From NCBI GenBank assembly GCA_030265305.1, contig JASAOG010000079.1, positions 301,331 to 365,330 on the forward strand: a stretch of 64,000 nucleotides of DNA, read 5' to 3'. The DNA is from Biomphalaria pfeifferi (Eukaryota). The position numbers and the translations under genes were made by a program. Each line of letters begins with the position of its first letter. Position 1 is the stretch's first letter. Shown in pieces: positions 1 to 12,192 of this stretch. The notes beneath the pieces were generated by a model, which was not told the origin of the DNA, made no database searches, and saw only the letters and a list, made by a program, of their open reading frames with translations.

Positions 1-354
1 TAAAAAAAAAAAAAACTACTTTTATAGCGCGCAGTTTTGACAGTCTAAATAAGACTAAATAGAGCCCAGATTCAAGATCTAGAACTAGTCTACATAGATC
101 TAGATCTAGTTTGTATGATATGGCAATAGAGATATTAATTTTTATTTGCGAGGGGAAAGTCTTGTCCAAGTCTGTTAAGTCATTTCTAGCTAGCTCACTA
201 CCTTTTGCCAATTTATTTAATTTTTTAAGAAGAATACATCTTTTTAGTTTCTCTTTATTATATGTAACATGCTATTAATTTTTAATGTATGGATAAGGTT
301 AATAATAATTATTTTTAAAAATATAAGTGTACGCTATATGAATATATTGAGATG

Positions 355-433
355 CTGTGGCTGAGGGGTAATGCACTTGGAACCGGAAGTCCCGTGTTCG
401 AATCCTGGTGAAGACTCTAACTCTTGGTGGACC
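355..433 (+). mobile_element. SINE family C (tRNA-derived head ...ggttcgaatcctggtgaagact...), 3'-truncated by the gypsy insertion
   Basis: Matches the heads of copies at 24455, 54800(-) and 61500(-); abuts the 5' LTR and TSD. Confidence 0.6.
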
Positions 434-1905
434 TGTAACATATTGGTATTATATTGTTACGATCTTCTTTATCAGGCCTTCTGTAAACACTGCTAAACAC
501 AACACAACAGCACACCTAACACATCAGAAAGGAGGAAATTTATAATCTGCTCCGACTCCAAATCTGCATTGCAAGCTTTGGGGCGGATGAAGACTGACAT
601 TCCACTGGTACATAAGAGCCTGAAGCTGTTGGACCAAATAACAGCCGACCATACGGATGTCACCTTCATCTGGGTCCCCTCCCATGTGGGCATTGAGGGA
701 AACGAAGCCGCAGACAGAGAAGCAAAGAGAGCCCTAAATCATGCGGTGTCAGGAACTCAAATTCCCTGCTCAGACCTGAGACAAAGTATTGCCTCTGCCA
801 TCTACCAAGAGTGGCAGGACCGATGGGAGGCTGAGACTCACAATAAACTCAGGCAGATTGTGGCGGATGTCAGGTGGCGGTCCACATCTAAGGGTCTGAC
901 AAGGCGTGGTAGCACGACCATGTCCAGACTTAGGATTGGCCACACCTACATCACGCACTCTTTTGTGCTGAAGAAAGAAGAGCCCCCACTTTGTGAGTAT
1001 TGTGCCTCTCGCCTCACCGTGGAACATATCCTCATCGACTGCCCCAGATACCAGGATGTCAGGGAAAAATATTTTAGAGCCACTAATTTAAAAACACTAT
1101 TCAATAATGTCGACCCTGGGAAGGTACTGGGCTTTATCCGGGAAGTGGGGTTGTCTACGAAGATCTGATTTATGAATTCTGTAGACATGTACTATTTACA
1201 TTAGATTTTTACCAAATTATTAAATTTTTACTACCTCTACTATTTTAACTGTGAATAGACCTTGATTTTAATGATTTGACTGTATGGAATTTGGCCTTTG
1301 CTGTGTGGAGGGAGAGTGGCCCTTGAGGGACTGCAGGCACGACATGGCCTAAATTGTGCCGATGTGCCCAAAATCACAAATCACAAAAACTTTACAACAA
1401 GAGCTTCAATAAACAAGATGGCGGTTAATTTACAATTACATCAACGACAGCCAATAAGCACAATTGGCTACACCACAGAACTGCCTAACTAATCACTACA
1501 AGTCTCTCTAGCTCGTATGGCTACATTTTCGAGGACTCACTTTGTAGCATACAGTCCTTACTGCTTGCTGTCCTGGACTCTACTCACTCCTTTCTAACAC
1601 GCTCTGTCTCTGGTCCGTGAAGGCTCGAGTCACATGACCACAGCATAAGCCATATTTGCGTGTATTAGCACTACTGTCCCTTGTTCAACAACCGTTGACC
1701 TGTGTGATTCGCCTTAGTCTCGTGTGTCAGTAGATCACACACACATTAACCCTTTCAGTCCGCCACTAGGTTTATAACAATATGTACATTTGCACACTAG
1801 CGCGTCAGTGCAACACCGCTTGTGTTTACGTAATAAATGGGGTTCCTAATATGTCTTCCCTCTTAAACACTAGTTTGTTTTTTTGTGTAATACAAATATT
1901 CTACA
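434..1905 (+). repeat. 5' LTR of the gypsy element (about 620 bp of LTR sequence plus a nested about 850 bp LINE fragment)
   Basis: 434-523 and about 1375-1905 are collinear with the solo copy at 25818-26290. Confidence 0.65.
524..1375 (+). mobile_element. 5'-truncated non-LTR retrotransposon fragment (RNase H domain plus C-terminal Cys/His tail) nested in the 5' LTR; ORF 569-1168
   Basis: Peptide IICSDSKSALQAL...TFIWVPSHVGIEGNEAADREAKRAL (RNase H of I/R1/LOA-type LINEs) ...CEYCASRLTVEHILIDCPRY. Confidence 0.7.
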
Positions 1906-2632
1906 TTGTGTCAGAGTAAAACTTAAAAAGCTGTCCAGACAAAGGTTTTTATTAATCTAATAATGGTTTCTTTTTTTTTTGAGCAACCAATCTTGCAAAA
2001 GATATATATCAAGAGTTTTTAAGATTTCAACAGCAGGTTTGCTTTTGTTTCAAATTACCGTTGAAGCTGGTGCCGATAGTAGGCTAAACAAAGAGCCGCA
2101 TGGCTGAGAATGTGGATAGGTCAACAAGGCCGAGAAGTTTACAAAACTCTAAATATTAATGATAGTGAAAAGGGAGATCCGCAATTTCTATTAAAGAAAA
2201 TAGAAGACTACATAAGGCCAAGACAAAATAAAAGAGTGTCTAGTTTTTAGAGCACATCAGAGAAAGCAGGAAGAAGGAGAAAGTTTTGATAACTTTGTTA
2301 AAGACCTAAAGCTTCTCATTATGGACTGTGAGTATGACAATCCAGATGATATACTTATTGATTTGATCATTAGTGGAGTCTTACACGAAAAGGTACAATT
2401 AAGACTACTTGATCAGGGACAGAAGTTGACCCTTAGCAAGGCTATAGAAATTGGACAACAATATGATGTGTCGCAAAGCCCAGTGAAAACGTTTAGGAAG
2501 TTCTAGCAATTAAGATACAGTCACACAATGTACTCAAGCAGAAGTCTAAAGACAACTCAGAAAGGTTATGTAGTAAATGCGGCAAGAACCACGAAAAAGG
2601 AAAATGTCCAGCAATAGGAACCACGTGCAATT

Positions 2633-2830
2633 TGGATGGCTGCCTGGTTGTGCGGTTTGCGCGCTGGACTTTCGTTCAGATTTATCGATGGTCCAGGGTT
2701 CAAACCCTGCCCGCTCCCATCCCCCGTCGTCCAGGAGGTTTGGACTATGAAGTAATTATCTTCAACTCTGAAGGAACATCCGAAACATGTAAAACTTTTT
2801 ACAAACATTTTTTTTACAATTTCTTCAAGA
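2633..2830 (+). mobile_element. SINE family A (tRNA-like head ggatggctgcctggtcgtgcgg...gggttcaaaccctgcccgctcccatcc, (CAAA)n-type tail) inserted in gypsy gag
   Basis: One of 5-6 near-identical copies (5054, 39555-, 53535-, 56207). Confidence 0.8.
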
Positions 2831-5053
2831 AGAAAAACCACTGGTTTCAAATGTGCAGAAAAAGTCGCAACTTTAGTCTGGTAGAAGATGATAGCCACAG
2901 TGATGAAAATATTAGGCTATACCTGTTAGTAATGCAAGTAGCCAGTATAAAAAGGGTAATATTGAGAACATCAATGTCGTTAAAGACAAGTGGACTGTAA
3001 AACTAGTCGTGCATGGCTAGACTTTAATTTTTCGTATTTACACTGGTGCAAGGTGTAACATTCTTGTCAAGTCAGAGTTTGAAAAGCTCAAAGTTAAGGT
3101 AAAACTTGTGTATTCAGCAAAGTCACTCAAATATTGCACTAATCGTGTTATTAAGACTGTAAAAGCAGTGGTGCTATCTTTGAAAAATAATATCCAAGAG
3201 TTGAAAGCAAGGTTTGAGGTAGTAGACATTAGCCAAGAGAACATTTTGAGTGGTGACACAGCAGAATGTTTAGGACTACTACAACGGATAGACAGCATAG
3301 AATCCAAGGCAGAAGACGAGTTACATAGAGAATTTCCTGAAATGCTGAAAACAACTGGAACACTGCCAGGAGAATACAAGATTCAGTTACAGGAAAATGC
3401 TTAAGGAGTTATCCATTCACCACGTCACTTAGCAGCATCGCTACGTAATAAAGTTGAAGAAAAACTTAAAGAAATGCAAGCTGATGGATTTATTACTCCA
3501 GTACATGAACCTACTGAATGGGTTAGCTCCATGGTTGTTTCGTTCAGGAATAACAAAGTTAGAATATGTATTGATCCAAAAGATCTCAATAAAGCAATCA
3601 GTTGGGAACATCACCCGATGAAAACTATTGATCAGATGTGATCACTAATATACCAGATTCGAACAGATTCGAAGATATTCTCAGTTCTCGATGCCAAGTC
3701 AATTTTAGGTTTCAATATTTATTTTTAACTTTTTAAATCTTCATTTCTCACAACTTTCAACACACCTCTGGAAAGATATAGATGGTTACGATTACCTTTT
3801 AGAATCAAATCAGCGCCAGAAATTTACCAGAGAATTATGGATGAAATGCTTCAAGGTATTGAAGGAGCACATGTCATCATAGACGACATTCTAGTAGCTG
3901 GTAAAGATGTTGAGCATCATGATCACATTTTGAAACAAGTCATGCAAAGAGCAACGGAGTACAATCTAAAGCTGAACTAAGACAAGTGCAAGATAAGGCA
4001 AAACAGAGTACCTTATATGGGCCATTTCTTGTCAGAGAAAGGTTTAGAACCAGATCCAGCAAAGATAAAGGCAATTATTGACATGCCAGCTCCTCAAGAT
4101 AAAGATGGAATCATAGATTTCTAGGTTTAATTCAGTACCTAGCAAAATGTATTCCTAATCTAAGTCCAATACGAAAGCCTCTAAAAGACGATGTAGAATT
4201 TCAATGGAATCATGAACAAAACAAAAGTTTTGAAGAATTGAAACATCTTTGTACAAACCCTCCAGTTTTAGCATATCATGATGTCAACACGAACGTAGAG
4301 ATAGAATGTGATGCAAGTAAGATCGACTGGGAGCAGTATTACTCCAGGAAGGCCGTATAATTGCATACGCATCAAGAGCTCTCACGGATGCAGAAACAAA
4401 ATCTGCTCCAATTGAGAAGGAAATGCTTTCAATTGTGTATAGTACAAGCACATTTCACTGCTACATATTTGGTAAAGAAGTAATAGTTTATAATGATCAT
4501 AAACCGCTGAAGCAAATCTTCAAGAAACCTCTATTGTTAGCACCAATGAGAATATAGATGATGCTAATAAGACTACAGTGGTATGATCTGAAAGTATGTT
4601 GCAGAAAAGGCAAAGAAATCTTTATCTCCGATACACTTTCTCGTGCACATCTACCAAATACTGATACACAGATATGTGAATTTACAAATGTTCAGTGCAT
4701 ATGATCTGTGTAAGTGATTCGAAATACAGTGGAATTCAAGACTGTACAAGCAAAGAACTTTCAATGCTTCGGGAAGTAATTATGACTGGTTGGCCAGACA
4801 AAAGAAGCGAGACTCCAATTGAAGTCAGGCCATATTAGGATTCAAGGTACCAGTTATCAACTTCGGATGGTATTATATACAAAGGTCTGAGAATAGTCAT
4901 GCCACCAAGCTTACGTAAATACATGCTAAATCTGATTTCACATGTCTCACTTAGGAATAGTCAAGTGTAAGCAGAGAGCCAGAGAAGTCATGTTTTGGCT
5001 AGGCTTGAATGCAGACATTGAAGTGACAGGGATTGTAGTAGGTGTGCTTAACA

Positions 5054-5250
5054 TCATAAACAGGATGGCTGCCTGGTCGTGCGGTTTGCACGCTGGACTG
5101 TCGTTCGCATTTATCGATGGTCCCGGGTTCAAACCCTGCCCGCTCCCATCCCCCGTCGTCCTGCGGGAGGTTTGGACTAGGAAGTAAACTATCTTCAACT
5201 CTGAAGGAACATCCGAAACATGTAAAACATTTTACAAACAAACAAACAAC
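5054..5250 (+). mobile_element. SINE family A copy inserted in the gypsy integrase region
   Basis: Same consensus, ends acaaacaaacaaacaa. Confidence 0.8.
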
Positions 5251-6286
5251 ATCAGAATAAAAATGTGTCAGAACCGCTAATACCTACCAAGACACCAGAC
5301 CTTCCATACAGCATGGTAGGGCGTGATCTGTTTAATTTTGAGGGGAAAAAGTATGTGCTTCTAGTTGACAACTTCTCAAAGTTTATTGATGTCAAAGAAC
5401 TGTCACAGGAAACTACATCAGATATCATCGAAGCAATGCGGAGTATTTTCGCATGCCGTGGATTACCTAGTAGGTTAAGGTCAGAAAGCGGGTCACAGTT
5501 CGCTTCAAGGGAATTCCCGAACTTCTGTAAATCATACGGAATAGAGCATCCTCACTTTCAGAGTTCAAATGGTGAGTCTGAAAGAGCTATGCAGACAGTG
5601 AAGAAACTGTGAAAGAAAAGCGAAGACAAATATCTGTCGCTATTAGACTACAGAACTAATCCACTGACTAATATTAATTTGTCGCCAGCACAATTACTCA
5701 TGTGACGCCGACCCAGAAATTTGTTACCTTTGAGCGAGGAAATAATCACACCTAAGACACCAGATTTCAAGGTGGCGAAGAAACACTTTGACTCCGAGAA
5801 ACAGTCTCAGAAACATTATTATGACAAGAGGAAAGGAGTTAAGAGTCATAATCCACTACAAGACGAAACGGCAGTCAGAATGCAACTTAAGTGGAAACCA
5901 GGAACAATAGTTTCGAAACAATCTAAGCCTAGATCTTATAATCTCAAAAGTGAAAATCAGGTCTACAGAAGAAACAGGAAACACATCAGAAAGTCTTCCG
6001 AGAACGCAAACAGATTTGACAATAATTATGACTTTCCAGATGACATCTCAGAACAACTAGAACCACGAGATCTAGAGAATCGAAGATTACAAAATACGCT
6101 AGATGTAGAGCCGCCACTACACACTGCTTCTTCTAACACCTCTAGACCACGTGAACCTTAAATTACGTAACACGCTCAGGCAGAATAGTTAACAAACTCA
6201 AGAGACTTGATTTGTGAATTGACTTTTTAGTTGACTAGTTTGTAAGTTATTCGGATAAATAGATTTTCTGAATTAAAGAAGAGATA

Positions 6287-6453
6287 TGTAACATATTGGT
6301 ATATTATATGTACATTTGCACACTAACACCTTGATGTACGTCAGTGCAACACCGCTTGTGTTTACGCAATAATTGGGGTTGCTAATAGGGCATATATATA
6401 TGTCTTCCCTCTTAAACACAAGTTTGTTATTTGTGTAATACAAATATTCTACA
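6287..6453 (+). repeat. 3' LTR of the gypsy element (internally deleted)
   Basis: Starts tgtaacatattggtat, ends caaatattctaca, like the 5' LTR. Confidence 0.65.
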
Positions 6454-6526
6454 GACCACTTCGGCGGCCGATTATGAGTTTGTGTTTCCATCCAGACTGT
6501 ATTTGTAACCTTTTTTTTTTTTAAGT

Positions 6527-6640
6527 AACGTCTGTATTTCATAAGATAAGAAGATATGAACGATATGGCAATCTGTTAGGGCCTACTAGGCATAGAACAA
6601 TCTTATCTTATAAAATCACTAATGACATAACATTATTTAA
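6527..6640 (-). mobile_element. Partial copy of MITE-like family E
   Basis: Shares aagtaacgtct...cataagataag...cttataaaat with 9975-10095, 59375, 61615 and 62180. Confidence 0.45.
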
Positions 6641-6749
6641 TAAGATCCATAGTTTATAAAATGACTTTTAACCTATACAAGATCCATAATCTTCAAATAC
6701 AAAATTTAATAAAATACTCAGTAAGACACAAAGATAAAGGCACATTCCT

Positions 6750-9700
6750 CGTTCACAGACCTGCCAGCTGAATTTTTTTTCAAGATTTCGGCTGGCTGAC
6801 ATAATTTTTCGGCTGATATCTGGATTAGCCGGATTTCTCCGTGAATTGGCATTTGTGGCTGATTAGAAAAATATTCGGCTAGTTCGGCTTATGCCTTGCC
6901 AATAATAAAGTAATAAAACTTCATGAATAAAAGACTTCAGAAAAAACTTTATTTCAAATATATAAAAAAAACACTTTTATATTCTGTCATAATTTACATT
7001 ATTTAGAGTGCATGAAAATGCAGTCCATTTTTTAAGTTAACCACTCAATATATCAGTTTGTAATTGTCATGGATGAAACAAACACGATGTAGCTTATCAG
7101 CTGTTAGACTTGATCGTTTGCTGTTTATTATCAAACCGGTAACCGAAAACATGCACTCAACTGGAACAGATGATGCTGATAAAGATAGGTGAAGTCGAGC
7201 CAGTTGAATAAGATATGGATACAAGGATGATGCAGCACTGCTACGCCAGAAATCGAGAACATCATGAAACTGAACAATAGGTGCCGTCAAATAGTTTGCT
7301 ATTTTCACTGCTACCTGAAAAAAAAGTTCAAAAAATCAAAATACAATTTTACTAACTGTTTGGTTATAAAACATTTCATTACAGTACACAGTAAATGTAA
7401 TATTTATCTTGTTCAGTTAACAGATAACAGTAAACAATTATTGGAATAAAAACCTATGCTAAAATGTCACTATAGGTTCTTAAATAGCCTAATATTAAAA
7501 CTACTGCTTGAATTAAAAAAATACAAATAAAATAATATAAAATATCTTATTGGTACAATCGTTGGGTGACTGTTCAATTTTCAATTCATTCATCAGCTCC
7601 ATTCGCAACCTCTTACATCTGCTTTCTTCGGAAACATCTTCACTGACTAGTTGCGAATGTGATACATCAGCTTCAGACACGATGAATCCAAGGGTCATAG
7701 CTGACTCTATGGCTTTCTCCAGAAGTGTGGTTGCTTCTGGCCGTGGAATTAATGATTTTAAATCTGGATCAAGCAGCTGATGCAGCTTGATGTTATCATT
7801 GACAGGAAATCGATGGTCAAGTTGGTTGAGTACTGACTGCTTGATCATTTGCATCTTGGCATCATCAACACTTGACGCTGTGCAGATCTTTTTCATATGC
7901 ATTTTCATCAGTGGAATTGCTGATAAGGTTGGCATTGAGCAGCTAAAGAGATCAGTTAGATTTTGGAAGGGTTTTAAAAAGATAACAAGTTCACCTAAAA
8001 AATCAATTTCCTCTTCATGGAGGCATAGGTCAACACGCCCAATACGCTTGAGAGTATTTTGGACCTCCCTTTTCAAATTAAGTATTGACTGAATCATCAT
8101 CAGTGTTGAATTTCAACGTTTTGCACATGATCCCTTCAATGACTTATGATTGTGTTTATGCATACTGTTAACATCAGTGGAGTCAATGCTGCTTTCCGAG
8201 GTATTCACTATTGATACACTGAATTGATCATCCACATGAAGCTATTCACACACTGATGACATGCCTTCTTTCAGGGTTTTAATAATTTCTTTATCCTCTG
8301 TAAACGCTGTCTCATCTTCCATAATTGCAGTTTTGAAATGAAGTGCAGTTATGATGTTGCGGCACTTTTGTAGTATATGCAGTACATCTTCATTTCTATT
8401 AATGCTATCAGTAGTAAGCAAAAGGTGCAATGCATTTGCTGTAGAGTGCTGATAGGAATCAACCTTTAAAAGTTTTGAAGTCTTGATCATATTTGCAGCA
8501 CCATCATGGCAGCTAGTTATGAAAAGCTTTTTGGGATCAACACCAAAGCTTTTCAGAACAGAGCTGATATGGTCAGCAAGGTCGTGTGCAGCATGAGTAG
8601 GCAAAACATGACAGCCAAGTGTGACAATTTTATATGTCCAATCGTGGTCTAAAAAGGAAGCCCGGATGCCAAGGTAATAGATAGCCCGATATCGATCAGT
8701 CCATCCATCAAAGAGCAAACAAAGTGAATTGACTTTAGTCATTTTAGTTTTGACAGCTGACCTGATAGCTTGATAAACGTCATCTAGGGCTATTCCAGCA
8801 AGTGTTACAGGTGCAGGTATGTTGAGAGATGGGCAATAAATTTTGAAAAACTCAACAAAACCTTCTTTAGCTACATTTTTAAAGGCGAGTAAGTCTCTAC
8901 AAAACCAGAGGACAATATCTCTTGTCACTTCATGGCTTGATGTTGCCTGACATTGACTGGCGCCTTTTCCATGCTTACTTAAATATCCCATAATTTTGTT
9001 TGATTTTTCCTTACTTTGTACTGCTACATCATGCTTGACACTCAAATGAAGATTCATATTGCCACTTGATGTTGTTGCAGCGAAATTCGTAACTTTTGAA
9101 ATGTGACCCTTGTCACCCAGTGACTGCTGAGTAGTCAGGCACAGCTGACAATAGACCCTATCTTCGTCAACATTTCTCCCATCAGCAGAGAACAGGCCAC
9201 CAAAATATCTCCAGCATTGGGCCTTGGAATTTCCATGTTGGATTTTACATGTAATTTGGTAACAAACTGCCTCTCTTCTCGGTTTAGATGACATCTACTC
9301 ACATTTGAATTCACCTAAAATCATCATGTAGAATTGTTACATAGAAATGATATGACATACAAATCATTATTTATAGATTTAGTTAGTATAGTTCATTGCA
9401 ACAGTTAATTTAGGCTTAATTAGGCATAAGACCATTTATTTTATACACAGGCTTACCTTTTTACTAATAGAAGTAGAAGATCGCTGAGCCATTTATTTTA
9501 TAAAACAGATTATTGATAATAAATCGTGTTATTGACAAAAAAACAACAACAAAAAACGGTAACTTAAATTATTTGAATTATTTTTTTAAATTGTATTTTA
9601 ACTGGGGTTTAATAAAATTAAAATTGTAATTTGACAATAGACAAGAACTCTTTATCAAACTTCCGGCGACCTTTATTTAAAAATGCAATCGATTTTAAAA

Positions 9701-9880
9701 CGGAATGCCAAGAAAAAATTGAAAAAAAGAAAAAAACTTTACGGCGCATCATTCATTTTCGGCGAATTTTTGGCGGACAAAATATGGCGGCTAATACGGC
9801 CCGCCATATTTTTTCGGCGGATTTTAGGCGGACAAAAATTTGGCGGCGAATTCGGCGCGCGGCGCCGGCTGAGGGGTCTA
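6750..9880 (-). mobile_element. hAT-superfamily DNA transposon relic with a BED zinc-finger transposase; arrays of TTCGGC(T/G)G subterminal motifs at both ends (6780-6900, 9720-9870)
   Basis: Three minus-strand ORF pieces lie in the same frame: 9294-8242 (BED finger CWRYF...CQLC...HLSVKH plus the DDE core with LLFDGWTD), 8100-7513 and 7308-7045 (C-terminal hAT dimerisation motif KRSSLTADKLHRVCFIHDNY). They are separated only by in-frame stop codons. Confidence 0.7.
7045..9294 (-). pseudogene. hAT/BED transposase coding region with at least 3 in-frame stops
   Basis: The ORF pieces 8242-9294, 7513-8100 and 7045-7308 share a frame. Confidence 0.7.
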
Positions 9881-9974
9881 CTCATTCATTATGCTAGGAC
9901 AAATTTGTACAAAAGCTCCTTCTTCCCTAGCGCCTGAACTAGCCAGGAAAAGCAGTGACTTGGCGGAGTTTAGG

Positions 9975-10095
9975 TCATTGGTTAACAAAAAATAACATGC
10001 ATGACTAAATGCATGACGCTTTGGACGTAATCATCTTTTTTGAAGTAACGTCTTTATCATATAAGATAAGATAAGATAATCTACTTTATAAAATG
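9975..10095 (-). mobile_element. MITE-like family E copy
   Basis: Reverse complement matches 59375-59475. Confidence 0.5.
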
Positions 10096-10190
10096 ACAAT
10101 TTTCAGAGCTTTATAAACCTAGTGTTAGTGAGCCATTATTTGGTGAATTATTATTGTCCGGTGAACCAAGACCGTGTTGTTGTTATCTTA

Positions 10191-10191
<1 letters not shown>

Positions 10192-10223
<32 letters not shown>

Positions 10224-10230
10224 CCCTACC
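10192..10230. repeat. (TA)n microsatellite
   Basis: Direct reading. Confidence 0.95.
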
Positions 10231-11059
10231 AACTTGACGTAACTACTTGTTGTTTATATATTATTAGGACCTAGGACGTATTTTTTTGAAAGGAAAGTAA
10301 AATATACACATCGATCTACGTGGTGCTCTATCTCTTCTATATAATTTACGATCTCATGTTTAATTCATGATGGTTGTCACGTGACAGTTTTTTTCCGTTG
10401 TTTTATCAATAAGATCACGTGACTAAATGTTGTTTGTTTACGATCGGTGAATGAGGTCCATTAAAGTCTACATAAACCCTATGAAGATCTAGCTTTTACG
10501 GTAAGAAGATCTCCTCCCCAAATCCCTTTTTTTTCTGCTTTACTAGCATCAGGCCAGCCGGCCTTCACTGTAAAGATCTGAGAACCTTGGAGTATGTTTG
10601 GTGCACAGACCCATATACATTATGTAGTGTCTTTGGTTACGGTGCAAAAGACATATAATATTATATAGGTTCTGGGCTTTGTTATGATTCAGTTACTATT
10701 TTTATTCTTCTCAATCCAGACCATGATCCAGTCTACAGCTACAGTATCTACAGTGGACTGAGTGGTTAACCCTGTTAGTAAAAGTGTTAACCTTGTACTT
10801 GTAATGAAGCAGTATAAATTATAGACTTGTTACTGTAGACAGTGTAAGTGTTTACTTTTACTAGTCTTACTGTTACTCTTGACTTGTCTCTTGTATTATA
10901 CTTGCAACAAGGTTGCAATGTGAATGTTACAAGTAACAATAACAATTGTAACTTAAATGTAACTACTAACTACGTAATTTTTACTAAGACTTACTATCAT
11001 CTATGAATATGAATCAAATGAATGTAACTTCATTAATTTAAACTTGTGTCTTGTCTGAG

Positions 11060-11680
11060 TTGTTAAGTTATAGATATAGATCTAGTGTCGCTTATACTAG
11101 TTATACTACTTATAGATATATAAAATAATATTATAATTATAATATAGATTTAATTCCCTTATTTCTTAATAGTTAAATACTTTTAAATAGCTTCCAGATT
11201 ATTAGATCTATCATCTAGAAATACTTGTCAATCTAGTAAAATCTAGTTCTACTCTATGTAACTATGTAATATATGTTGTAGCCAGTGAAGACAGTGTGTG
11301 CGACTTCAACTGTGAGTGTCAATCATTTACTTTAGAATAATTTAGATCTAGATTAGATTAGATCTATTAATATTATCATTATGAATATGAGATATTTAGA
11401 TTTTACCAGTAACCATGATTAAATTTCAAGTCGATTGACTTTACTTTTACTAAATCTAGATCTTAAGTCTACTGAAAACCGGCGGTAAGATAAAGATCTA
11501 TAACTAGATCTCTGTCTCAGTAACTATCTTATCTTATATAGTATAGTCACTATAGACACGACTTCAAATTACACCCTATGCATTTCATGTGTAATATTAT
11601 TAAATAATTCAATATTCTAGATCTAGTTAGATTAGATTTATTTTAAAAAAATTATGTAGTTCTAGATCTAACCTTTCAGT
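11060..11680. repeat. Low-complexity block rich in palindromic AGATCTAG / TAGATCTA motifs (also at 60-110)
   Basis: More than 12 occurrences of agatcta within 600 bp. Confidence 0.5.
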
Positions 11681-12051
11681 CACAATTCAGTGGCATCATT
11701 CTTTTTTTTTTTTTTACTTTGCTCTTCACTCTTCATCCTAAGACTTAACTGCAGTTTTAATTTAACAAACTTAAAACTTAAATTCTGAGCTAGACAAGTA
11801 TAATAGTGTCATCAAGGAAACACTACTGTGACAATATGTAGCTACGCAAGATGCATACAGATTTGAAAGAAATTCAACAGTATGAATTCTTAACGAGAAG
11901 ACTATCCACAAATATTAATTTTAAATATAACCATATGGTTTGACAGATGGATATCATCATTTCTCAGCAACCCAATTAAAAAGTCAGCAGAACACAGTTT
12001 TGTTTGCTATTCAAAAGAAGCCAGGATATCACGATTCTCTAGAGTGAAAAC

Positions 12052-12192
12052 ATGCCAACATGCTCAAACTATAACTTTAAAGAACCCTATGCATCACAAT
12101 GCAAAACCAAAGATATACAATGCAGTTACTGTCATCTTGGAGGTCACTGTGCAAATAATTGCAGAAAAAGAACAACTCAAGAAACAAATTGA
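12052..12192 (+). mobile_element. Relic retroelement gag fragment with a CCHC zinc knuckle (CSYCHLGGHCANNC)
   Basis: Short ORF MPTCSNYNFKEPYASQCKTKDIQCSYCHLGGHCANNCRKRTTQETN. Confidence 0.35.

Larger units (their letters stand above)
434..6453 (+). mobile_element. Degenerate gypsy/Ty3-like LTR retrotransposon (LTR-gag-PR-RT-RNaseH-IN-LTR), non-functional
   Basis: LTRs begin TGTAAC and end TCTACA; 4-bp TSD GACC at 430-433 and 6454-6457; polypurine tract aagaagagata immediately 5' of the 3' LTR; internal frames with a CCHC knuckle (CSKCGKNHEKGKCP), RT (YRWLRLPFRIKSAPEIYQRIMDEM...IIDDILVAG), RNase H (AYASRALTDAETK...EKEMLSIVY) and an integrase core (LLVDNFSKFIDV...SESGSQFAS), all broken by stops and frameshifts. 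Confidence 0.8.

Noticed and set aside
9631-9937. Overlapping plus-strand ORFs (88 and 84 aa) rich in R/G/A (RRIRRAAPAEG, GGEFGARRRLRG)
   Set aside because: They are translations of the GGCGG/TTCGGCGG subterminal motif array of the hAT relic, not a gene.
6527-10095. Direct copies of a 30-40 bp segment (aagtaacgtct...cataagataag) on both sides of the hAT relic, at first suggesting a long target-site duplication
   Set aside because: hAT elements make 8-bp TSDs. The segments are independent (one truncated) copies of the abundant MITE-like family E, also present three times near 59-62 kb.
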